Positions 1-13,210 of a stretch of DNA of 64,000 bases are shown in pieces. Position 1 is the stretch's first letter. Each line of letters opens with the position of its first letter. The notes below the pieces were generated by a model, which was not told the DNA's origin, did not search any database, and was given only the letters and a program-made list of their open reading frames with translations. The position numbers and the translations under genes are program-made. The stretch is from Callorhinchus milii (Eukaryota): NCBI RefSeq assembly GCF_018977255.1, contig NW_024704742.1, positions 136,216,001-136,280,000 on the forward strand, given 5' to 3'.

Positions 1-59
1 GGGACGCAACCCGTGTGGAGGACGCTATATAAATGCGAGTTTATACAACTCACTACAAC

Positions 60-795
60 TCACCAAGCCATTCAGGAACCTCGGTGTTTTGTTCGACCCT
101 CAACTGTCTTTTCTCCCCCACATTCAAGCCATGACCCGCTCTGCCTTCCCTCACCTCCGTAACGTCGCTCGACTCCACCACTACCTCACCCCTCAGGCCG
201 CTGAAACACTTGTTCATGCCTTCATCACCTCCAGGCTGCAAATGCTCTGCTCGTCAGCCTTCCCAACTCCTCCCTCCACTGCCTGCAGATAATCCAGAAC
301 TAACTCTGCAGCCCATGTCCTCTCCCGCACCAAACTCCATGACCCCATCTCCCCCACTCTCATCTGACTTCATTGGCTCCCTATCCCTCAGAGGATCCAG
401 TTCAAGATCCTGGTCCTCACCTACAAAGCCCTCCATGGCCTCGCCCCACCCTACCTCTGCGACCCCCTACCACCCTCCCACTCCATCTACTCAGCCGGCT
501 CTGGCTGCTCCACGTCCCCTGACCCACCCGCCCCACCATTGGTGGGAGAGCCTTCAGCCACTCTGCCCCCAACCTCTGGAATTCCATCCCCCAATCACTC
601 CGCCTCGCCCCCTCCTCAACCTCCTTCAAGTCCCGCCTCAAAACCCTCCTCTTCGACCATGCCATCGACCACCCCCCTTTCCCTCGCCTCCCTTACCCCT
701 CCAACCCCAGCTCAGGTCTGAAATACTGTACTCTGTCCAGCGCCTTGGGCCGTCCTCCCGGCGTGAAAGGCGCTATACAAATGTAATCTTCTTGT
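60..795 (+). mobile_element. L2-clade LINE, 3' fragment (degenerate ORF2 end plus 3' tail)
   Basis: Frameshifted translation gives [43 protein letters not shown]; ends in the family tail GTGAAAGGCGCTATACAAATGTAAT seen in many copies across the window. Confidence 0.85.
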
Positions 796-825
796 TGAGT
801 TGTTATAACATATTTTGATATTATA

Positions 826-953
826 GGGCTACAAGGAAAGATTTGCAGGGCTATGGAGTAAGAGCAGGAGAGTGGGTTTAGTTGGTAGCTCTTTCCAGAG
901 CCGGCTTGATGGGCCGAATGGCCTCCTTTTGTGCTGTAAGATTCTATGATTCT
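826..953 (+). mobile_element. CR1-type LINE 3' end
   Basis: GATGGGCCGAATGGCCTCCT..GTGCTGTAAGATTCTATGATTCT tail, typical of CR1-like LINEs; reverse copies at ~14380 and ~59090. Confidence 0.7.
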
Positions 954-1022
954 ACATCAAATGCAAGTGATTATAATTCTATACTAAAATAGCTTTGTTT
1001 TTCTCTGCTTCTGTTTCTAAAG

Positions 1023-2263
1023 GTTGCAAAATCAAAGCACTGAGGGCCAAAACCAACACATACATCAAGACGCCTGTGCGCGGTGAGGAGCCTGTGTTTG
1101 TGGTTACAGGGAGGAAGGAGGACGTGGCTATGGCCAAGAGGGAGATCATCTCAGCAGCCGAACACTTCTCCATGATCCGAGCATCTCGCAACAAGAGCGG
1201 GGCATTGCCTGGGGCCACGACTGGCTTAGCCGGCCTTGCCCTGCCCGGGGCGCCCAGCCTGCCAGGCCAGACCACCATCCAGGTGCGTGTTCCCTACCGT
1301 GTAGTGGGGCTGGTGGTGGGTCCCAAAGGAGCCACCATCAAACGCATCCAGCAGCAGACGCACACCTACATCGTCACCCCCAGCCGCGACAAGGAGCCCG
1401 TATTCGAGGTGACTGGCATGCCCGAAAACGTGGACCGGGCCCGGGAGGAGATCGAGGCTCACATCGCCGTGCGCACCGGCAACTACATCGAGGTCAACGA
1501 GGAGAACGACTTCCACTCCAATGGCACGGACGTGAGCTTCGACAGCGTGGGGCTGGAGGCCGCCTGGGCCGAGATGAATGCTAACGGCCCGGCCCGTAAC
1601 CGCCTCCTCTCGAGCTACAGGAACGACAGCTCCAGCTCTTTGGGCAGCGGCTCCACCGACTCGTACCTCGCCAACCGCATGGCGGACTTCAGCCCCACCA
1701 GCCCATTCAGCGCCACCGGATTCTGGTTTGGGGAGTCGGTGCCCACCGTCAGCTCGGAGGATCTGCCCTTCGACCCTAGCCCTCTCTCCACCGCGCCCCC
1801 GCAGCCTGTCATTTGGTGCCCCTTCGAGCAGGCCGGCTTCTCCAGCGAGCCTGCAGTGTCCGGGGGGTCTGTGGCCCGGGACAGCCAGCCCACCACCCCG
1901 CGCCTCTCGCCCACCTTCCTGGAGAGCGTAGAGCAGCTGCCACTGGCCCACAGGCCATGCAGTGACCCGCTCCGCCTCTCCGGCTACATCTCCGGCTTCT
2001 CCAACGGCAACAGCTACTCCTCCTCGTCCGACAGCAGCCACAGCGCCTCAGGCTCTCCCACAGACTCGTCAGGCTCCGGGCACGGCCCGCGGGGCAAGCG
2101 GGACTGTATGGTCTGCTTCGAGAGCGAGGTGATCGCGGCCCTGGTGCCCTGCGGCCACAACCGCTTCTGTATGGAGTGTGCCAACCGCATCTGTGACGAG
2201 GAGCAGCCAAAGTGTCCCATGTGCAATACCCTGGTCACTCAAGCCATTCGCATCTACTGCTAG
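1023..2263 (+). CDS. MEX3C: MEX3C RNA-binding E3 ubiquitin ligase, last coding exon (rest of KH1, KH2, linker, C-terminal RING)
   Basis: Acceptor tttctaaAG at 1021-1022 (phase 1). [24 protein letters not shown] (KH1), [14 protein letters not shown] (KH2 GxxG), linker [17 protein letters not shown] and TTPRLSPTF as in MEX3C, RING CMVC..CGH..C..C..CPMC; stop TAG 2261-2263; tail-to-tail synteny with SMAD4. Upstream exon is outside the window. Confidence 0.95.
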
Positions 2264-4615
2264 TCGGCAGGACCTACGCAAGTTACAGGATGATTTGGAG
2301 AGGTGTGGGGGGGGAGGAGGAGGGAGAGTGCGCGTAGAGACCTGTCTGTAAACCTCCTAAATGTGACTGTTATATATAGGATTAGGCTGCAGGGTTTGTT
2401 TCTGTTGGAAAACTTTGGGAATTATTGAGTCTCTTTGTTACGGGCGGGCGGGACGGCAACTCTTTTTGTTTCCATCGGTCTCCGAGTAAACCACACTCAG
2501 CATCAGCAGAGAGGGATCCACATTGCGGGAGCCTCGTGAGTAACTATCAGAGGCTTATTTGATGGAATTCGTACAAATTTTTGCATTGTGCCCTCTCTCT
2601 CTTCCACCTTCTTAAATCCCCCCCTCCTCTCCCCTTTCCCCTCCCAGAACTTAAATCCCACTCCCCCAGCTCTCTCTATTCCAGAGGGGCCCAGATCTGG
2701 AGAAAGGCCCCATCCGAAATATTGCTGTGCTGAAAACAAAATAATAATAACAAATAAAATCAGTGAGAGGCTGCCAGCGTTTCCTCCACATACCCCTGCG
2801 CTGTGTGTTGGGAGAATAGCAAATTCACTTTGTATCAGGAGCAAAATTTAAAGCTGGCGAGTGTTTTAGTCCTCTTCCTCCACCTTGCACCGCCCCCCAC
2901 CCCCGCCCCGCCCCCAGTTGACATCTTCCCCACAATTAAACGGTTCAGAAAGTTAGATGCTGAAAAAACTATAGCAGAACATGTGGTGAATGTCTCTCAC
3001 TCGGGGAAGTTTATTGCAGGAGTCGGGTCAGTGACGAGACGCCCACAGCCTGGGTTTGCTCCGTGCTGTTTGCCAAGACGGTTTGAAGTTGAGGTTTGTG
3101 GTTTCTGCCCCTTTGTGAATGTTAAGAAACAGAGGAGGAAGGACATTGCATTCCCCCTACGCTCTGTAATGAGGTGTGAGCACAGCCATTTTAATTTGTA
3201 CTTTGGTCTCTCCCTCCCTACCCCTCTCCACCCTCCTCCACCACTGATCTCTGAAGGGATGTGGAAGAGCAGATGAACCCACGTCTCTTTCCGCAACCCC
3301 TTGTTGCCACTTTTCTTGCTCCTTTCCCCACACAACCCTTGGCCAGGCAGCAAGCGCTCTGATCTGTGCCTCTCTGCCCACCCAAAACTGGAAACTCGCT
3401 GAGTCGGTGGCTGTCGTGTCACCTCACAGCCCCACGTGCGGGTTTGTTTCGGCCTCGTCGTTGGTTAGCAGCACTGAGGGGTATTTCAGTTGTTTACTGC
3501 TACGATAGCTGTGAAGTCAAACCAGGGGAAGCTGATGCTGGAATCTCTTCAGGTCACACTGCAGGCTGGGGGGGGGTGTGGGGAGGGGGGAGGCGGGTGT
3601 CTGTCCGTTTCTGCGCTTCCTGAACTGGGTTTTTCCTTTTTTTAAAAAAAATACAACACTTGAGAGCTTGGAACGTGCAGCGTCCAAACACTGAACAAAC
3701 ACTGAGCTGAGCCAAGAGGGATTCAGCCATCACAGCGGCCACACAGCTGGAGCTGGCTCCGGCCTTGCAAACGGACAGAGGAACCGTTTAAAACGTTTAC
3801 ATACCCTCCCCTCCCCTCCCCACAGCCTGGCCAATAACCATGTGTGATATATATTTCTATTCTGTCTATATAAATATATATATATTATATATATTCAAAA
3901 CTACATATAAACCGTGTACCGTGCGTGCGAGCGAGTGGCGCGATGTGGAATTACAATCTGATGTAAGCACTTGTCGGTCGTCAGGATCAGCAGTGACGAC
4001 TGCTTACATCAGCTGCTGTGAAAACGCATTTGATTCATTAGAGCGGGTTTGGCTGAGCGGCTGCTGGTGAGTGATTGCGGGGGTGGAGAGAGGAGGGTGT
4101 TGGATGCTCTTGTCTTTACAGGTTGCCCCTCATGGCACTGGTTGTGAGCTGCTGATAGACAAAGCCAAGACTGTGAATGTGCCTGCGGGGCTCCTGGGCG
4201 TGTGTCGAAGGTGTTGTGTAGCTCAAGCGAAGCAAAAAGGGAGTGTAGCCGAGTGGCGTCTCTGCTGCTGCTGGTGGTTTTGTAAACTACTAAACGTTTG
4301 TGGATCAGCCACGTTCGGGTTTTCTGAATGAAACCCTCTGTGTGAGGCGAGCTCCGCTCAGCTTTGTGGATTTACTGTTGCATTTTTTTTTCTTTGGGTG
4401 TGCTTTGAGACCAGGGGTGTGTCTGAGGTTTAACCAGCGAAAACCGTGCAGCTTGACATTGCTAACAGTGACTGACCGAGCAAGCTTCCTGCTCATCATT
4501 GTCTTAATATTTAAGACGGTGCAGAAAATTGGCTTCCATTTTGAAATTGACTATGACTAGTTTTCCAAAATTCCTCCCGGCCGAGTAATGAGCAATTTCA
4601 AGTCCTGTGAGGGGG

Positions 4616-4640
4616 GAGAGAGAGAGAGAGAGAGAGAGAG
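4616..4640 (+). repeat. (GA)n microsatellite
   Basis: Perfect GA run. Confidence 0.9.
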
Positions 4641-6467
4641 GATTGTTGCTTGAAATCTGAAACTCCGACATTAAAGTGTCAGCCTGAAACCAATCAATCT
4701 TTTAACCCACAAGGACTGAGTCTTACCGGCTCCCAGGGGAGGAGTGGGCTGATCTCGGTGTATTTTCACAACGGTGTGTTAACTGCACGCCAGCTGGTAG
4801 CTGTTCAGTAGCCCTTGGAGATGGCAAAAAGCATCTGGTTTCCAAAGGCAAGTAGGAAGGAGCTTCCAACAGCTTTCCCCTTCTCCCAAGTCCTCGAACC
4901 GCACCAGACCTTAGTTCTTTCAACCTCTCACATAACATCAGTCCCGCTTCAGGAATGATGCTTTCACTTGAAATGGGTTTGCAAACAAATGATGTGCCTC
5001 AATGTGATCCCCTTTGTTGGGAATCTCCCAATACTCATCCCCGCACAGTCCTGATCCAAACAGAAGGTGACGCAGAGGGGAGCACATGAGCCGTTTTCTC
5101 TCGCTGAGCCGTGATCTTCACCAGTTTTCTTTTCCCAGTTAGACCCAAGACCCTTCTGCGTTCCTGTAAAGTAACTGGCTCTAATTTTCCCAACTACCCT
5201 GTTTAACTTCACACTCGGAAAGGCCGTCATTGTCAGCATGGAGACCAATCCTAATTTAGAAACAACCATAATCCGGATGTTTTCTCTGCAAAACTGAGAG
5301 CAGCTCAGGCAGAGAGTGAGGTCCCGCTTCCAGTGGGATCCGGGGATAATTTCTGGGGTGAAACTGGGCTGTGGGGGTGTGGGGGGGGGTGAGGTGGCTG
5401 TGTTGCGTAGCCTGGTGCTGTGTGAGCTTGTGTCGTGGGGCCTGTGGGTCGCTGTAGCGTTGTACTGGGACCCTGTACTGGGACGGTCTGGTCTGGCCGG
5501 GGGTCAGGTCATCGGTTGAGCTGTTCCTATCAAGTAGTTGCTGAAATCTGCTGTTTTAGTAGGAAGTAGTCACAAGTTTCCCGCCCTACACAGCAAGACG
5601 GAGAGCAAGTAGTTGGTGGGTGGGGGAAGGTGGGATTTAATCGCAAGTTAATTGTCCTCAAGCTACGATAATGTAAAGGCTACGGGAATAGATGGGGGGG
5701 GGGTGGAACAGTGGAATATTCCCACGCTGTGTCTCGAGGTGCGTAACTTCCTCCCCAAAAACCAGACTGCTTGTGCCCGAGCAGGACGTGTAAATAGAGC
5801 TCGCGAGAGAGAATTTTACTTTTTTATTTTGACTTGAAAAGTTACATTTCGTACAGGGGTGGGGTTGGCGCTGTGGGGAGAGAGGGGGGATTCAAATAAA
5901 GTTTACACAACAAATAAAGGCTTTTATTTCTATGCTTTTTTTTTTTCCTTTTCCCCCCCCCCCCCCCCTTTCCTGGGGTATCTGCAAATTTGCCTTGAGC
6001 GGCGACTTTCTTATCTGACTTATAATGTGTATCGCGTAAACCTTACCGCTGATTGCTTCTAGAATAGTCTATGTCAGTATTAAAAGATAACACAAGCTGC
6101 CATCTCGGGACTAGATGATGGTCACTGAGCATGTGATTTTGTAGCGTCCTGCATTGTACACTGCGATGAGAGGCCAGGGGAGTAAGTAGGTCGTGTGATG
6201 GGAATATGTTTCTAACCCACAATCTGAGAATGGCAATTTACGAGTAGTTTAGGAATTTGCTAATTTTACTACACCCCGTTTGTTATGTATGTGTAGGGAA
6301 GTGATAAGGATTATAAATTCAACCTATTGAGTCGAAACAAAAAGTTTAAAACCATATATTTTATGATAAAATGGCCTTTAACTTAACGTGGCCAAAGCAC
6401 TGATATTATATATTTGCTGTAAAGAGAATTATAAGAGTTTTATTTTTCTGATATTAAAAAGTTACTT

Positions 6468-6489
6468 AATAAAGACCGTTTCCATTAAA
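6468..6489 (+). terminator. MEX3C polyadenylation signals (AATAAA 6468-6473, ATTAAA 6484-6489)
   Basis: Hexamers after an AU-rich block and followed by TGTTGTC; repeats resume ~80 nt downstream. Confidence 0.65.
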
Positions 6490-6569
6490 GTGAACTGTTG
6501 TCATCCTGCTTCTTGGTACCAATGCATGAAGTAACGTGGACGTGTGTTTTAGCCTCTACGGAATTCTTC

Positions 6570-6715
6570 AGGTGAGACGTTAAACCCAGGTCCCATCTGC
6601 TTGTTCGGGTGGACGTCAAAGATCCCGTGACGCTATTCGAAAAGAGAAGGGAGTCGTCTCTCTCTCCTGGTGACCAGGTCAACAATCCCCCAAATTAAAT
6701 TAGTCATTCACTTCA
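6570..6715 (+). mobile_element. Old Deu-type SINE (SacSINE1-like) body fragment
   Basis: GAGACGTTAAACCC..GGTGGACGTCAAAGATCCC..CTATTCGAA core; related degenerate copies at ~7660-7910, 19190-19350, 29730-30095 (+) and 44850-45190, 61830-62215, 62780-63000 (-). Confidence 0.65.
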
Positions 6716-9039
6716 AGGTATATGAGGGACATTGCTGTGCATAAACGGGCTGCTGCATTTTGCCCACAAAATAGTCCATCCACTTTCCAATATATATCCA
6801 TTGAAGTGCCTTCATATACTGCATTATCACATCTATAAACAACATGATAAGCACATAGTTGTCTAATAGAAAGAACCTGAATATTTTCTGTGTCTTGTCA
6901 CAGAAGTACCTTAATGGCTGGTGGCAATTTGCACAGAGCAAAGATGTCGCAAACAGCCATAAGAAGAAATGAGGTAATTTTATCTGGAGAATCGTTGGCC
7001 GGGGTACTAGGGATATGATCCCTTTTTCCAAGTGTCTGGATGTTTTGACGTGCACCTGAACACCAGGCGCCCAGGAGGACGTCTGAGCAATAAATGATCT
7101 CACGGAGACGGTCACAAGTCATTCAGCAAAGCTGTGAGGTGATTTTGTTCAGGAAGGTTATTAAACCAGTGGGAAAGGAGTAGTGTAGATTCACTGGGAT
7201 CTTACTGAGAAATCTGGGTATCAATTTTGAAGTGAAACTTGGAAGTTGGACTTTTTTTGTAATATGCAAGAAGCTTAAATGTGGAATTCTCTGCCCCAAA
7301 GCACTGTTGAATCAGAGTCTCAAACAGTCGTAGATTGATCCAATTAGTTATGGTGCTAACTCCCCACTGGAGCTGTGCCATCTGATTCCCTCGCTTTGTC
7401 CCTCGTCTGTGCTGGATCTCTCTCACTGCAATAAGACAAAACAGAGGTGGTTCCCACACCTGAGCCAATCTGTGGGTTTTGGAAACTCGCCTCTGCCCAG
7501 ACATAGTAACAGTCAAAACATGACTGCAACCGAAAACACTGACAGCAATTAGCTAAACAAATTCAGCAGAAACGCATCAAGATTACCAGAGACCTTGTTT
7601 ATTTGCTCAGTTGTCAGCTCGATTACCCCACAGCCAGAAGAATGTGGGTTCCCTCCATCGCAGTGAGAGATTAAACCGAGGTCCCATCTGCCTGTTCAGA
7701 TAGATGTTAAAGTTCCCACTGCCACGGCTCAAAAAGAAGGGGGAGTTTCTCCCAGTGAGCTGCCTAACAATCTTGCTCATTAACTTTGTGGGACATTACT
7801 GCGTCCAAATTGGCTGCTTTGTTTGCCTACAAAATCTACAAACATTACACTTCATAATATATCCTGTGAAATGCTTTGCGACACCCGCCTGATTTTAAAG
7901 TGCAAGGATTATCTGGGGACTTTAACACTGCACCTGTGCGGTGTTCTCAGAGGTACCGCATTAATTCGTTCTCACCTTCAAGGCCTTCCGTGGCTTTTCC
8001 CCCCTCCTTCAGGAGGTTTGAGGTGTTCTAACGTGAACAGTGCAATGTGAAAAGTAAGTATTATAAAGCGAAGACGGTGTTACTGGGTGGAATTTCATGA
8101 CTTGTGATTGGAAAGGTGAGGTGGGGAGTGATGAGAAGGAGCACAACTAACTGTTGAAAGTGTTGCTTACTACGCCCCCGGCTGGAAGACCGCGGGAGGT
8201 TTACTGGTAAGTGAACTTGCTCCACCCGGCTTCAGAACGATTGGGAAATCATGACATGATGGAGAAATATGGTCACTTTATTGCTCGTAATGTCAGTTTC
8301 TTGCTCACATTGTGACATTAAATGGTTATTTGCACTGATGCCATCATAATTATAAAAATAATAACCCTTGCATTTGATATAGTGGCTTATCAAGTCTTCG
8401 AGACATCTCAAAACGCTTCACAGAATATACTGCAAAATTTATTGACTATTTCGTGGGCAAATCATGGTGAATGCAAAGCAAGAACTGTTCCCACTCTTCT
8501 TACTCCAGAGCAATCCTTTGATGGACTCAATGTTGTAAACGAACCGTCAAATTGAAGCTATATCTACTCGGAGAGTATTCAGACGAGGTAGAGAGATGGC
8601 AGAAACATGTGGAAGTTTGTCTGGTATTCATACTCTTAAGGCATGGTGACAGGTTTCCACATGTCTACCCACCCGACCAAGAAAAAATCACAGCAAAATA
8701 GCGACAGGTGGAGGCCATTCAGCCCACTGAAACCTGTTCCATTCATGTATTAGATGCTGACAGATTTTTTTGCTGCACCTCTCAAGCCAATTGTCTGGCT
8801 ATATATCGTTTAAAAATCCCTACTGGTTTTGCCTGTGCAGTTTTCTGGGGCAGCACAAAACTTGTGTGAAGAACTGCTTTCTCACCTCATTCGGTTCAGT
8901 TTTTTTAAAAAAAGTTTCCAATTTTTTAAAAATATTCTCACTATTTGTCCGCTTGCGGTGTGGTGCCAGCGCCCATCAAACCACAGCCAGCAAGACGCCA
9001 AATAATGCATTGTTCATATACAATCACATCGGGAAGATG

Positions 9040-9290
9040 TTCCAAAGCCCTGGACAGTCAGGGATTTGGACCCGAGCTGGGGGTTGGATCAGGGGGTGGG
9101 GGGGGGGGGGGGCTGGGATGGTGGGGGTAGGAAGATGAACGAGGGCAAGTTTGAAGAGCAGAGTCTTGAAATGGTCCTTGAAGGAGGAAAGGGAGGGGAA
9201 AGGTGACGGGACTGTAGGATGAGGTTCCAAAGGGTGGGGCAGAGAGGCTGAAGGTCCGACTGAGTGGGGGACATGTTTGTCAGACCAGAG
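9040..9290 (-). mobile_element. L2 LINE 3' fragment
   Basis: Translates to PTLWNLI..LSSFKDHFKTLLFKLA; family 3'UTR GGGATTTGGACCCGAGCTGGGGTTGGATCAGG. Confidence 0.7.
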
Positions 9291-9462
9291 CCCACTGAGC
9301 CCATTAGGGTTTACGTCTCCCTGTAATATAACCCTAGTGTACACAGCCTTTCTTCAGACCCTTTCACCTCATGGGCTTGTGACGCTGCCCTTTACTTACT
9401 TTAACAATTAGTAACGGACGGTTCAAAGAAATGAATAAGAAACTGCAGTGTTTGGTGAACAT

Positions 9463-9468
9463 TTTATT
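9463..9468 (-). terminator. Likely distal SMAD4 polyadenylation signal (AATAAA on - strand)
   Basis: - strand reads GTATAAATAAAATGTTCACC at the end of a mostly repeat-free stretch; an L2 fragment follows shortly after. Confidence 0.5.
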
Positions 9469-12400
9469 TATACTTGGTTGCTTAAAAGATACATTTACTT
9501 GTTCAATCCAAAACAATTCAATACCACTTGGTCAAAGTGGTGCCACGGCAAACTCGCCTCGTCCAGACAATCATTAGCAAACAGTCGTCAAACCAATGGG
9601 ACTCAAAATACTGTCCTCCAGCTCCAGCAATCACACCACACTGATTCAGGATCCCTCCCTCCCTCCCGCTGTTAACACATCAGACTTGTAAGGCTTTCAG
9701 TTCAGTGACCATTTTGTGGAGAAAGAAAGAAAAACATTTTGCATTTTTATCTTTATGACAGCGAACAGCTTCACAACTTGACTTTGTGCAGGCAAACGAG
9801 GCAGCCGTCGTACCATCCCGCAAACAGCTGTGAAGTGAAATGGCCGATCAGTTGGATCTGAGAGGTCCGTAACTGGACAAGTCAATAGCGACGAGGCAAA
9901 TGCACCATTCAGGAATCACTCTTTAGGGGAGGGAAACGTATTTTGCCACATTCGGAAAGCAAATGCTCAATTAGCTCTTACAATTCTGGTCTGTTGTCGG
10001 GACACATGATCGAGTTAAAAGGTCACCCAAGTCTTGTCCCTTGCACAGAACTTGGAGATCACTACCCACCTCTGAATGGGATAGTGTGGCTGAAAGTCCC
10101 ATTCACTTTGGAATGGATTCATTTGCAATTGAGAATCACTGTGGCCAAACATTTGGGCCAAACATAGTGAATTAGAAATGTAACTATTTCTCAGTCAGGC
10201 TACAAATCTGCTCTAAGACATTCCCTCCCTCGCCCGCCCGCCCGCCCTCCCTCCCTCCCTCCCTCAAACCCAACGGTTAAACTTGAATATACATTGAGAC
10301 AAAAAAAAAGAAATAACATTGAAGCTCCACTGTACATTTCCTGAATAGTTGGTTACTGTGAGCCGAGCAGGATTACCTCACCCCCGTCTCCTGTCAATGT
10401 CAGATCTTACACACATTTAATAAATATAATTAGCAGTTGCAGCTCTGTTGTAAGACGGCGGAGTTTTTCACTATTACTATCACAGAAGTATTCAAACTCT
10501 ATATTGTTTTCACTCCAAACTATGTCCTCTCAGCTAATCTAAGACTTGGCTCTTGTTGGTTTCGAGGTACAAGTGGGCGCCTGAGAGTTGAATGTGGTTG
10601 AGGATTTGGGAAAAGGGGACACGTCAAAAGAGTTTAAAAAAAAGGTACCCAAAAGTTCTGCCCTCTCTCACTTTTAACAGGTTCCCTTGAGACGTTACAA
10701 CACTGGGATACATGCAGCTCAAGCGATGGCTGAGAGCGACGTCTGGTCCAGATTCAAACTTCTTAAGAGCTGAGAGGAGACACGCTGCAGTGATGGCTGC
10801 CCATTGTAACCCCAGGCAGCTGGGCTTCTTACACGGCCCGACACACACCAGACAGACACGTGTTCTGTAGACAAGTGACGCTTTCACTAGGGATATTCAG
10901 CTAGTAAATTCTAATCAGTAATCCATTCTATCTTATTAAACCCACTACTGTCAAATGGTTTAGAAAGGGAGACATTTGCTTCCTTTGCCTTTATCTCCTT
11001 CCCACCTCTCCTACAGACAAGATTTGCTCCTCCTGGGTAACCACCACAACAACTTGCAGTTATTTAGCGCCCTCCACGCAGGGTAGCGTCTCAGAGCGTA
11101 AAGGAGTCTAACGACGCTCCTGTTGTAGGCTTCCCTGATTTAATCATCAATACACTCAGAGCAATGAGGCTAATCCCCAGTGTTAGAGGGATGAGCTCCA
11201 AGCAAACTGGATAAACTGGGATTCTTCAGCTGTTAGAAAGGATGTGTGGAGGGGATGCGATCTGACAGCAATCAATTATTCACTGACAATGTGCGAGCCT
11301 TGACCAGTTGGATATTTGACTGGGAGAAGAGAATAGCCAAGGTTGACGCAGAAACCAGTAAAAGGCGTTGGTTGTCAGTTAGGAGTGGGAATCCAGGACG
11401 TTTAATTCCATCCCTAAGCCAGGGAGCTAAATCCGCACCAGTCACTAGGAGCCAGTTTCCAGCCAAAGTAGCTGATACAGTATCACTGAACAAATCCGGT
11501 CTTTCAAGTAAAAAGCATTGAAAGATCAACCCTGTTTCCAAACACAGGATTTTGTAGAACAGAGGCATTGAGATTGCAACCCGTGTTAATTATCACATCA
11601 CTGACAAATCTGATCAATGAGGCCAATCAATAAGTAAAGACCACAAGTGACTGGGATTAAGATTCATCCCCCAACTCCTGGTTAAGGTTTTGCCTGTGCT
11701 AACCAAATGGACATGGAGTGTTAGTTAAATCCAATCCACTGCACTAGAATGCAAGCTCACACTGGATTGCTGGTTAACAGAACAGCTAACCTCGGATTAT
11801 TTTAATTGAGCCACTACAATATTCCACTAACCTACATTCATGACCTGATCTGCTAACCAGCAAACCCCGAGAGTAATTTGTCTTCAAAACAACCCATTAA
11901 GAAGAAGTTGGGCTGGAAATGTACCCACATCCGATCTTCAGTTACTGACTGGCCTCATTCACTGCATTTATCAATGATGGGATGATCAACAAAGACACGA
12001 CGAGTCTCAAATTTCTAGAATAAAATGTAATATTAATAACCAAGAAATGCTTTTAATATACAGTTATCTTTACAAAGTTCATCGTGCTTAGCATCTCTCT
12101 CCTTACCTCCCCCCACCCCCCCACACACACACATACAATGTTCCTCACCAGGGAACATGTATAGATGCTAAGCCAATTCCTTCTCACCCCTATAATCGCA
12201 ATGCATGGTTAAAATGAAATGGGGGAAAGGAGAGAAATCACAGACAAAGAGAGAAAGGAACACTGAGCATTGGTATCAGAGGCATAAAATTCCAACTAAC
12301 CATTTAAGACCATTTTGTCTTCAAATTGAAGATCGACCAGAAAATTCTTTAAAAAAATTAATCTTCATTTTGGAAATGTGCGTTTTTCTTTTAAAAAAAA

Positions 12401-13210
12401 GACTGCAAGAAAAGCTTCCGAATTAATGATTGTTATAATGATGATCCTTGCATTTGATATAGCATCTTACCACGTCTTCCAGACGTCTCAAAGCGCTTAA
12501 ATTAAGACACAATTTTAGAATGTTCCACGAATCTGCACAATCTTAAAATTTGAAGAAAACGTGCTTTAAAGGCATGTTTTTACATGAATTTAGGCAAGAG
12601 TTTAGGCCTCGAGGGCATATGGTGAGAGACAAATTTCTGCGCTTTTAGTGTTACTGAGCAGATCTGGATTTACTGTAAAAAAATATAAGGCTCTTTTTTC
12701 CCCCAATGGGAAACAACTGTTTGGTGGGGGGGAAGGGGGGGGTGAGGGGGGAGGTAAAGGGGGAGAAGGGATGGGGGGTGGTCACAATTTGACTACTTTG
12801 GCCGCTGTAGGTAAACCATGGCCGAATGGATCTTGGGTTTAAAAAAAGTTTAAAGTAATACTAACTTTTCAAAAAATAAAAGCACAGTACAGTATATTTA
12901 AGATGAAATATACAATACAAACTCCCCTAAGTGTGTAGGAGTGTAGGAAAAGAGACAGAGGAAAAGAAGCGTTTAGAATAAAGTGCCAATACAGCTGTTC
13001 CTTCGAGCAAAAGAAAAACCTGGGTCTGAAGTGTGGCCTTGGGGAGTAGGGGGATAGGGTTGAAGAGGCCACACTCGGTGTAATGGTTGGCAAAGGACAT
13101 TCTCCTTAGTTTATAAATAGTCGGGGTTTCTACTGTTCTTAATTTATATAATCTCTCCCAGCATCCGGGGGGGAACTACAGTTAATAGTGATAGTGGCTG
13201 TGGATAGCTA

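Larger units (their letters stand above)
2264..6500 (+). other. MEX3C: MEX3C long 3'UTR
   Basis: Runs from the stop codon to the AATAAA/ATTAAA pair; no recognisable LINE/SINE until just past the signals; AU-rich terminal block. Confidence 0.65.

Noticed and set aside
210..818. 202-aa Pro/Ser-rich ORF
   Set aside because: Off-frame reading of a C-rich L2 fragment
1226..2041. 271-aa antisense ORF over MEX3C
   Set aside because: Shadow frame produced by the GC-rich codon usage of the real gene; no recognisable domain
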